Assembly: GCA_036785375.1 (NCBI GenBank)
Contig: JAWMAR010000276.1
Span: forward strand, 992,001-1,056,000
Length of the DNA stretch: 64,000 nt
From: Leucoraja ocellata
Taxonomy: Eukaryota
Direction: 5' to 3'
A program made the position numbers and the translations under genes. Shown piece by piece: positions 24,771-35,100 of this stretch (within the stretch, counting starts at the first letter, position 1; each line of letters starts with the position of its first letter). The notes under the pieces were generated by a model. The model was not told the DNA's origin, searched no databases, and saw only the letters and a list, made by a program, of their open reading frames with translations.

Positions 24771-25281
24771 GCCATTAAAAATGATGCTGTAAATGCTTTC
24801 CCCATCACAATGTCTCAATTTCAAGAGTGGATTCAAAAAATGAAGTAACAGCCTACAAAACTACAAAACATTTAAAAAATAATATAGAAAAAAAATTATA
24901 TTTAGCATGTCCATTATTTTTTCTTTAAAAATTGTACCTCATTTCTTGACTGGTTCATCCACAAGCCCCCTTGTTGGCTCAGCTTTGATTATCGGTGCCA
25001 CACCGAGACTATTATTCATTGCTATACCTACATTTAAAGAACAAATATCCATGGGAATATCCATATAATAGTAATAGTTCCTTTAAACATGCACAATGTA
25101 GATTTTTTAAATCAGCTATTAAAACAAATTTAACATTAAAACCATAGACCATTAGACCATAGAGTCTAAATTAATAGCATAATTACAAACAATAAGCTAA
25201 TCTTACATTTATGTTGTGCCTTTTACTGCTTGACAGCTACCATCCACCATTCTCAAGTGCTTTGAAGCGGGAGTGAAGGAT

Positions 25282-25587
25282 GGGCGGCATGGTGGCGCAG
25301 CGGTAGAGTTTCTGCATTAGAGCCCAGAGACCCGGGTTCAATCCTGACTTCACTTCTGTCTGTACAGAGTTTGTACTTTCTCCCCATGACCGCGTGGATA
25401 ATCCCCGGGTGCTCCGGTTTCCTCTCACATTCCAAAGACATACACGTTTGTAGGTTGTTAGTCTTTCGTAAAGATTGTAAATTGTCTCTAGTATGTAGGA
25501 TAGTGCTGGTGTACGGGAATCGCTGGTCGGCACAGACACGATGGGACGAAGGGCCTGTTTCCGTGCTGTGTCTAAACTAAACTAAAC
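25282..25587 (+). mobile_element. tRNA-derived SINE (HE1-like)
   Basis: A box tggcgcagcgg, B box ggttcaatcc, V-core-like body, (ctaaa)n tail. Confidence 0.85.
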
Positions 25588-26624
25588 TTTTTAAAAAAGC
25601 AGATCCTATCTCTTGTGTTTAAGAAGGAACTGCAGATGCTGGAGAATAGAGTAGCCCCTATCTCTTCATTGATAATGTTAAAAGTCCAAAACTATAATTC
25701 CACCAAACTGGAATTCTGATGACTTGTTTCGTCAGACCAGTGCAATAATAAACCTTTCTTCCTCCAAGACAATTGTCAAGCAGACTACAAATGAATAAAT
25801 TAAGAAATCTATTATTTTCCATAAGAACGAAAAGATGCAAGTTCATACCGTACACTACTGTACCTGAAGTGAGCGGTCTTCCAATGGATGGCTTCATTTT
25901 ATAGAAATTACAAGAATAGATGCTTCTTACCAATCGCGGTATCCAAAAATATTTCATTATCTAGTGAAGCAAGGAATATTGTGACAACGAAAATATACTG
26001 AATTAGTCAAATAATGTTATGATTAAAATTAAATACACCTATATATATTGCTATACGTTTACTTTCGACAAGTGACATATTTTTTACAATCTAAAAATAT
26101 TACATGATCCTAGTGCATGAATGTGGCAAAATGTGGCTCATCAGTACAGATTATGTAGTTGAGCTTTTGGATGGACAGACTTTGCAGAGCTATTGGTACC
26201 GTAATTTGTCTCAGATTCAAGGGATGCCACTGCCTGGTTATTTTAACAAGGATGATATATTTGATTTTCTAATAGAAGATTTAATTGAAAAGAACATGAA
26301 GAATCCTCTGGATTATATTTTAAACATAACTACGGAAGCAAAAAACAGGCAAACAGTTTTTTTCCACTGGCATTGTTTCAATAAGTGCCAAGATTCTAAT
26401 GGGAAGGAAATATTTTGCAAGTCTTTTCTACAGGGGGCTGTTTATGTGGAATGCATGACGGATGGTGCTTGGATTGCAAAGCAAAGAGCTACAAATGCTG
26501 GAAAGCTAAGATAAAATCAGAAACACAGAAATACTCAATAAATCATGACATAAATAATGCTTCAATTTGATGATTATTTAATCGGAACTAGGGAAATTAA
26601 AAAATAAGTAAAGTTTTTATTTAA

Positions 26625-26890
26625 GGGCGGCACGGTGGCGCCGCAGTAGAGCTGCTGCCTTACAGCACTTGCACGACCGGAGACTGGTGTTCGATCCCGA
26701 CTACAGCTGCTGTCTGTACGGAGTTTGTACGTTCTCCCCTTGACCTGCGTGGGTTTTCTCTGAGATCTTCGGTTTCCTCACACACTCCAAAGACGTACAG
26801 GTTTGTAGGTGAATTGGCTTGGTATATGTGTAAATTGTCCCTAGTGTGTAGGATAGTGTTAGTGTGCGGGGTTGCTGGTCGGTGCAGGAA
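26625..26890 (+). mobile_element. tRNA-derived SINE (HE1-like), 3' truncated
   Basis: gggcggcacggtggcg...gttcgatcccgac head and the conserved body. Confidence 0.8.
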
Positions 26891-27127
26891 TAGTGCAAAA
26901 GATCAAAGTGTTTAGGGCAAGAGTGAAGTGGGGAATTACAATAACAGGCAATTAAAAGCTCAGGATCATCTCTGCAGACTGATATAGGGCGTAAAACAAA
27001 CTAATCATCCAAATTATGTTGGCTTCTGCTCCGCACTGTATCATAAGCCTGAATGGAGCATGTTAAATTGGATGCAAGATGAAAACTGAGAAGGTGCAAT
27101 TATGTAGAAACAATGAACTACAGATTG

Positions 27128-27428
27128 CGAGCTCCACAATGTTAAGTCCGCAGGCTACCGCAGTTGGAGCATCCGAAGTCGGTCTGCAGCAGAAGCCTCC
27201 AGCTCCTCGATGGTAGGCTGCAGTGCGGACGGAGATACGATATGGAAAAAAATCGCATTTCCATTGAGGTAAAAGATTTTTTTTAATTTCCCCCATCGCC
27301 CCCAGCCCCTCATAAAACAAATAAAGAACACTAAAAACATACATTTAACACACACTAAAGAAACAACAGGGAAGGAAGGGACAGACAGACAGACTGTTGG
27401 CGAGGCAGCCATTGCTGGCGCCACCCGA
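27128..27428 (-). mobile_element. 5' part of the GC-rich non-autonomous element family
   Basis: Reverse complement (atggctgcctcgccaacagtctgtctgtc...gcgatttttttccatatcgtatctccg) is homologous to 47828-48030. Confidence 0.6.
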
Positions 27429-27464
27429 TGGCATTTAATGGAATATAGTGGAAGTAACCGTAGA

Positions 27465-27700
27465 AACACTGATGTGGAAATCGCAGCAGAAAAAGATCGT
27501 AGCTGGTGAGTAGAATGGAGTTCTTAGAGGAGGATGTGGGGAAACAGATGGAGTCAAGATAACTATGGGAGCTTGTAGGTTTATAATTGATATAGGTCAC
27601 TAATCTAGCCTGAAATGGAGGCAGGGTGTCCATTTCGTGAGAGGAGTCTGAAATGAAAGTGAATGCAGGGTGGAAATTGGCAAAGTAATGAAACAAGAGA
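27465..27700 (-). mobile_element. Penelope RT fragment
   Basis: NFHPAFTF...YKPTSSHSYLDS, a PLE RT C-terminal motif. Confidence 0.65.
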
Positions 27701-28000
27701 ACTACCACAGAACTACCCTCTGCCACAGAGGGTAGTTGAGGCCAGTTCATTGGCTATATTTAAGAGGGAGTTAGATGTGGCCCTTGTGGCTAAGGGGATC
27801 AGGGGGTATGGAGAGAAGGCAGGTACGGGATACTGAGTTGGATGATCAGCCATGATCATATTAAATGGCGGTGCAGGCTTGAAGGGCCGAATGGCCTACT
27901 CCTGCACCTAATTTCTATGTTTCTAAGAGAACTACAAAAGGACCAACATGAGATTCAGGGTTGATGTTTTACCTTGATGCCCAGTTCTCGCGTGGATATT

Positions 28001-28052
28001 GGGGTCAAGGAAAGAGCGTTCACGTTGCGGCCCTGTTTCCACTAATCTTTCC
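28001..28052 (+). ncRNA. Predicted minimal HDV-like self-cleaving ribozyme
   Basis: P1 GGGGTC/GGCCCT (G1-U), P2 GGAAAGA/TCTTTCC, P3 GCG/TGC, L3 TTCACGT, short P4, J4/2 CTAA. Confidence 0.75.
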
Positions 28053-28156
28053 ACCACCAAGCACAAGAAGCGCAAGACAGACACCATTGCAAGCAGATGC
28101 CGAGAAGTGTGTTCAGCTCTGGCTGAACAACTTGTGTGTGGACTCGACAAAAAGAA
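28001..28156 (+). mobile_element. Mini-retroposon family B with intact HDV-like ribozyme head
   Basis: TSD gcgtggatatt (27990-28000) and gcgtgaatatt (28157-28167); A/AAG tail; homologous to 34153-34308. Confidence 0.85.
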
Positions 28157-28175
28157 GCGTGAATATTCTTCAGAC

Positions 28176-28270
28176 TGTCTGAAGAAAGGTCTCGACCCGA
28201 AACGTCACCTATTCCTTTTCTCCAGAGATGCTGTCTGACCTGGTGAGTTACTCCAGTATTTTGTGTCTAT
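28176..28270 (+). mobile_element. Penelope-derived short repeat with hammerhead-like core
   Basis: gt-CTGAAGA-aaggtctcgaccc-GAAACGTC-ac followed by the common terminal module. Confidence 0.7.
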
Positions 28271-29584
28271 CCAAGGGATGTTGGCTCTACCGTCTTTAAA
28301 GTGAAATGAATAATCTTGGAGATAAGAACTATTGTCCCAACCAATGTTACAACCAGCACCACAAGAAGCACTGAAAAGCACAAGGTATCAGTTCATCTGG
28401 AGGCGGAAATGGCCGGTGGATGAAACTATAGGTAGACAGTGCTCAATGGTGATAAGTTATGAAGCTATTAGAAATTCTTGTCTTAAGTTCACGATTTTAC
28501 ATAAATAAGTTTGACTGACTTGAACTTTCTCCTCACAGCAGCTCGCACCGACTTCAATGCTAAAGCTGTCTGGATGGTTTGCTCTGCACTTGCTCTGTGA
28601 GACTAGACTCTCGGAGACTAGTGCAGAGACTCGGCTCACTCAATATGGCATTTCCATACCTTTCCATATGTGGCACCCTTCAGCCTGTGCAGGTACAGGA
28701 TACTGAGTTGGATGATCAGCCATGATCATATTGAATGGCGGTGCAGGCTCGAAGGGCCGAATTGGCCTACTCCAGCACCTATTTTCTATGTTTCTATCTG
28801 GTTACATTTTCAATTCTAGTTTACATATATATAGATACAAAATCTCCTTGTCTTGTCTCCTTCCTCACAAAAAAAACATGGTTGAATATCACAAAACTAT
28901 GTATAATTGTGGACAGTGATCCTTTTGCTGTTGTTGTTTTGTTTAAAGAACTCTGGCATTTTTACGACTTTAAAAGCTTAGACTGCACCGCTTGTAAACT
29001 GGTTGAATATTGTACCTTGTTCCATCACAGATGCACGAGGAAACCATAATGTTGGAATTTCCAGGCATCAGTGGTGGACTAAATGAATTTAAAAGAGGAA
29101 ACCTGATTTTCAAATCCTTTAAGCCTAATAAACCAGCCTAAAAACAAGTAAAATGAGATTTGAAAGGCTAAATTGAATGGTCCACATCAGCAGATTAAAA
29201 ATAAATGATGGAGAATCTGGGCTACCACTTTGTGGGCTGATCTTACTGCCAGCATCTATAATCTAATATTGGGCTGCATCTCTTAGAGTGGGTATATATT
29301 TTTATTGGCAGGCAGTGGTTGGCAAATATTCTGTCACTCAATCACATTTGGGTGATATTAAAGTTTGGCACTGTACAGGAAAAGGAGATGCTCCAAGCTT
29401 TTCAGATAGTTGGCTGCAGACTTTTTGAGAAGGAGTTAAAGAGGTTAAGGCTATGATTTATATGCAGGGGATCAGGAGGCCTTACAGATAAGTTCATAGG
29501 GCAGGAGTGAGTGATAACTCCGGTGGTAAGTGCCCTCAGAATGTAGAGACAGTGTGGCAAAATATTTTAGTGGCCACACACATA

Positions 29585-30140
29585 GATTCATAGATTGACA
29601 TAGCTTAGAAACAGGCCCTTCAGCCCAACATGCCCAGACCGGCCAACATGTCCCACCTGCCTGCATTTGGTCAATGTCCCTCCAAACCTATCCTATCCAT
29701 GTACCTAACTGTTTCTTAAACGTTGGGATAGTCCCCGCCTCAACCACCTCCTCTGGCAGCTTATTCCATTCACTCACCACCCTTTGTGTGAAACAGTCAC
29801 CCCTCAGATTCCTATTAAATCTTTTCCCTTTCTCCTTAAACTTATGACCTCTGGTCCTTGATTTACCTACTCTGGGCAAGAGACTGTGCATCTACCCAAT
29901 CTATTCCTCTTATGATTTTATACACCTCTATCAGATCATCCCTCATCCTCCTGTGCTCCAAGGAATAGAGTCCCAGCCTACTCAACCTCTCCCTATAGCT
30001 CAGACCCTCGAGTCCTGGAAAAGTACCTTTTCCAACTTGGCAACATCTTTCCTATAACATGGTGCCCAGAACTGAACACCATACTCTAAATGTGGCCTCA
30101 CCAGTCTTATACAACTACAACATGTTCTCCCAACTTCTGT
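29585..30140 (-). mobile_element. CR1 3' fragment
   Basis: ORF 29688-29891 GKSRTRGHKFK...FTQRVVSEWNKLP. Confidence 0.85.
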
Positions 30141-32066
30141 GGTTAAGATCATCAAACGTGGTTAAGATCATCAAATGCACCTTCAAAATTACATCATATC
30201 AGCTTCATCATTAGCCTCCATGTCCCTTAACATACCTCAGTCTTTAGATGGACTGAAGGAGGATCCAGATCCAAAACATTGTTTCGTCCATTCTGTCCAA
30301 AGATGCTGACTGACCCACCGAGTTCCTCCAGCACTTTTATATTTGTTCAGAAATACAGCATTTGCAGTTTGTGTCTCCAACTGAATTTATTGACTGGTTT
30401 ATATCCAAGAATAGAGTCTGCAGCACTAGGTGGCAGCATTGCATTATAGATCTGCCACTTGCCCATTCTGCAACATTCTAGTAAGTTGGGCCTTGAAATT
30501 CCTTTTGAATACAGAGCACAGCTGTGGCATTGGTTGAACTCATCTCAATTTTCTTGCCCTTGATGCACTAACTCCTGCTTCAATGGAGCCAACCTACACA
30601 AGACTTGGGAAACCATTTAAACCACACTATATTCACTGCAGAACCCACATCGCTCCAGCTTGCTGTTATACTACAATAGCATATGACATTTGTTTATAGC
30701 CAGAGGCTGAGCTTCAAGTCATCATCAAGTTACTAAAGTGAGAGAATAGGCTTTACCCTAAAGAACCATAAAAACAAAGATCCCTTCCCAACAAATGCCT
30801 CTGTAAAACGACCTTTCAACAATAAACGTGTCAGATGAGGTACTGGAAAAGTTGTGAGAGCACAGCCTTTGATTTGGCAAGGGAAAAAAAAATGCTCTAA
30901 GATCAACACCTCGTATCTAAATCAAAACCATGGCCTACTGAGTTGTAACGATCCCTTTCCTCGTACATGCTTCTGAAACTTCCTCCTAGATGCTTCTGAC
31001 TCTTTCTGCCCACTTGAACTCCCCAGTGTACGGGAATCAAGAACGCAAATGCATGGGTTTAAGATAAGATGAGAAAGAGTGGCAACTTTTTCACTCAAAA
31101 TTTATAATTTATTTTGAATACCTCAAAACCATGGCGTTAGTGATTTTACAATAACTACACATAAAACAGAGCACAACCACAATACTTAAGAATATGATTT
31201 TGAGTAGTAATTTATTCAAAGCATAATTCCACAGTATACAAGATAATTAAATAAATTGGATATTCTGATAAGAAGACATACATTTTGGGAAGACAAATCA
31301 CCTACTTTAATAGGTATAAAGGCACCATATCACTTAAGAGCAGCAGATATGCTATAAATTGTTACAATTTTAAATGCAGCATGAGCATCTGTTCCACTGC
31401 ATGTTTCTCACTCATATTCCAATGCAACCAATTTTTCTTATCTACAGTGGCTTCAACATTTTAGTCTAAATCACTTCTTTTTTTAAATTCATTGGCACCA
31501 ATCCCTGCGGAATATTACAGGCAAGTAGTCTTTATTCATTGAAACTAGAGTTAAATGTTTACCAAGCTTGCCACTTTCCCCATGATCTCAAAAATGTGTA
31601 CTTTCCTGAGCAACATCCTATGAAACAAAATTATTTTGATCTGACCCATGAATATATTGGTTTATTATTATAATTTGTTCTGAGAAATAGTGAAAAACTT
31701 TGTTTGTGTGCAATACATTTAAATCATACTATACATGAGGACAATCAACCCATATACATGTGCAACAGGTAATGCAAAGAGAGAAATGCTAGAGTACAGA
31801 ATATAGTGTTATAACATTACAGTTAGCAACAAATATTCTCAATGGCCAAATAACAACAGCCTTCTGGAAAAAAAATCATAAATCTTTAATGCTTTTATTC
31901 TTATCTCTTTTTAAAAAAAACGTTTGATTATAGGGCTGAAAGGCTCGAAACGTCCCCTTCCATTCACAGCATTATCATCCATCCCCAGGTATTAATTAAC
32001 TGTCCTAAAAAAGGTAGGTAACAAAGTTGCTTCTTTTGAAGGCACGATTGGTAATTTTGCAGAAAA

Positions 32067-32197
32067 TTACAGATTGGACTGGATTACAGCAGGGTGTTCA
32101 TGTACAAGATGCTTTTCTAAATATGCAAGAATCTTTTTCCAGGAATCCTCCTGAGCATCTGCATGAGGTTTAGTTGTTCCTCCCCACAAAAGTCTAA
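32067..32197 (-). CDS. Acyl-CoA thioesterase last exon
   Basis: [43 protein letters not shown]. Confidence 0.92.
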
Positions 32198-35100
32198 CTG
32201 CAAGAAGAAAAGGCATAACAAAAAACAAATATTAGATTGAGTATCATATCCAACATTACTGCTGAAGTCCAACAGCTCAATTCATGCAATTCTCACTTTA
32301 AAAAAAAGAAAATAACCCTTTGTTCGTGAACAGAGCAAAACAACTTCCTGAATTTGGTCAATTTCTGTTAATTCTATCTGTAAAGTAGGAGCTTTCACAA
32401 GGATGCTAAGAAAGCAAACATTTAGAGTGCTTGCTACTCAATTCTACATAATGGTTCATTCTATCCATATTTCTGTACCATTAAATTAAAATGACGCGAA
32501 GAATTAAGCAATAATTAATGATTCCTGGAATAAATCTGTCATCAATTAATTAAACAAGCCAACCCAATTTTCTAGATTTTCCCAATTGTCCCCTGAAGCA
32601 ACAAGGCATGTCTTATTTAGATGAAAAAGAGATATGGGTACTGGAGTTTCAGAACTGCCAATCAACGTGAAAAATATACATCTTCTAGATGCGCTGGGAT
32701 GCATCCTCAGTGATGTGACCTGGGGTCATCGGGTGTTTCAGGTCTCACAACATCAGACATCCTCGCCCAGGTGACCCAGCCGGGGTTTATCAGCATGCGT
32801 CCCAGCAGCAACCGCCCACGGATCTGCCATCTTAATAACTACTCTGCAGGGGTTGGGAGACTCTAGTGTGTGGAGGGACTGGACTCTATGGAGTGAGTTC
32901 TGGCCGGGCTCCTCCTGCGTCTCATCAGGTTCAAGGCCTGTGCGCTGCACCTCTTTCTCCTTCTCCGAGCATTTCATTCTTGCCTGATGGATTTTTAGGC
33001 CATGGTGGTTCATTAGGCCTTTCCGTAGCTTTATTGGGTGCCTTTCTTACGAACGACGCAGTCTGGGGTGCTAAGCCAGCCTTTCCCGGGTGCCGTCTAT
33101 CCGTGCCGTCAACTGTCTCTCCAGTAGTCTACAAGTACAAGCTGGTCTAAACTCATTTTTTTTAATCTCACTTTCCTTCCTCGTTGCTCCTTATCACCTT
33201 CCCATGTAAACTTTACAGAAACAGGTCAGCAACAAAATGAAAGAGCATTTGTTAGTGCTGATAGGGAGAGGCTTGGGTGCATAAGGGAATATCACCAAAC
33301 TTCAACTCAAAAAGCATACAACACACTTATCATGAAATGTAACGGGATATGACACTACAAGCAGGCCTATTTTCCTGCAATGTCAATTTGAGATTGGCAA
33401 TCGGGATTTCCCAGTAAAGTCCATACCTTGCAATGCTAACCTGAGACCAGCAATAAATGAGACTTTGCCAAGGAAGTTCAGATCCCAGGAACATTTTTTT
33501 TTTTAAACATGCAAACTTCTCTATACAGGTGAGAACGAAACAACCAGAAACTGTAAAGTGGATGCACATTACTTACATATTTATGAATTATGCTTTTAAA
33601 TGTACACAAAACTAATATTCATTTTCTTTGTGCCTTTCAAATGACATTGGAGGGAAGTACATTACACTGAAAGGGGCAGGGAGGGATTTTGGCAGCAGGC
33701 TTTACACAGTGACGCCGATGGAGAGAATGCAAGGAAAAATACCTCAAATAATTTAACATTTTAAATTAGCTGGGCTCAAAGCTTCACAACTGATTTCCCC
33801 CCCCCTATCATTCTGCCCACAAAGTGGAGATGGTTGTAGTGATGAGAGTTTTAACAATGAAAACACTGATGTTGTGCAACTGGCATTTGTTGGCTGCAAG
33901 GTCAGATTGGAATATGTGGCATAGCTAATAACAGTTCCTTGTGTCTACATAATAGCAACTGTACCAAGTTCCAATTCAGGATGACTGCATTTTTATTTGA
34001 GAGCATTTGGAACTCTTATTGAAACGATGTAGAAGCAAAGTTTGAATATTTCCAAGGCAGAAGTGGTTAGATATTTGATAAACAAGGGAAAAGCAGCCAC
34101 TGATATAGAAATGAGGTTGCAATCAGATTAGTGTGATCTTATTTAATGGAGCGGAGTAAAGGAAAGAGCGTTCACGTCGTGGCCCTGTTTCCACCACCCC
34201 GCACAAGAAGCAACAAGACAGACACCATTGTATGCAGATGCCGTGAAGTGTGTCCAGCTCTGGCTGAACAACTTCTAACTTTGTGTGTGGACTCAATAAG
34301 AAGACGACTTAATGGAGCACCAGGCTTCAGTGCTCAAGTAGCTTACTTTTTTTAATTGCCCCATATGAAATAAAAGCATTCAAAAGATGCGAGCCAATTA
34401 CAGAAACTTCTAGGGGGTAAAGTATCCTTTTTGATTTCAGTCCCAACAATTTATCTAATACCATTTTCTGACTAATGTGGATTCCCTTCAGTTCCTTCCT
34501 CCCACTAGACCCTCGGTCCCCTAGTATTTCTGGGAGATTGTTTGTGTCTTCCTTAGTGAAGACAGAACCAAAGTACTTGTTTAACTGGTCTGCCATTTTC
34601 TTGTTTCCCTTATACATTCACCCGTTTCTGACTGTCAGGGACCTACATTTGTCTTCACTAATCTTTTCCTCTTCACATATCTAAAGATTTGGTTTCAAAT
34701 AACACACCCAGCAAATGTTACTGAAGAACCAGCATATGCATAAATGGAAAATAATAGATCCAAAGGCAAAAGTGTAAGTAGGCTTATAAAACATGGAAAC
34801 AGGCCCTTCAGCCTACCCAATGGGGTGGGAGATTGCAAGCTTCACGTGGTCCACACTGTTTCAACGAATGCAATCAACCTGGCGTGAAGATCAAACGGAA
34901 CAAGTTGTCTTACAACTTTAGGCTGTGCGCGCCATGCGCAAGAAGAAGCCTACCAAATCCATGCTGAACATCAAACACCCACTAATTCTAACCTAACAGC
35001 AATCCCCAAATTTCCATCAACTTCCCCATCTAGACAGTAGGGTCAATTGATAGTGATCAATTAATCTACCAACCTGCAGGTCTTTGGGATGAGAGAGGAG

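Larger units (their letters stand above)
21532..25960 (-). pseudogene. Internally deleted tandem duplicate of the acyl-CoA thioesterase gene
   Basis: Retains the presequence exon 25960-25864, a fused exon 25027-24938 with premature TGA (24941-24939), exon 24180-23990 and the last exon 21662-21532 (ends QSYL*); all exons carrying the catalytic Ser/Asp/His are missing. Confidence 0.88.

Noticed and set aside
25282-25360. tRNA-like sequences with A and B boxes
   Set aside because: They are SINE heads, not tRNA genes
26104-26514. 136-aa ORF on +
   Set aside because: No recognisable motif or splice context; lies in a pseudogene intron
32720-32765. CTGATG...GAAAC on the minus strand in the HERO-like 3' UTR, resembling a hammerhead
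   Set aside because: Lacks the CUGANGA core and a convincing stem II
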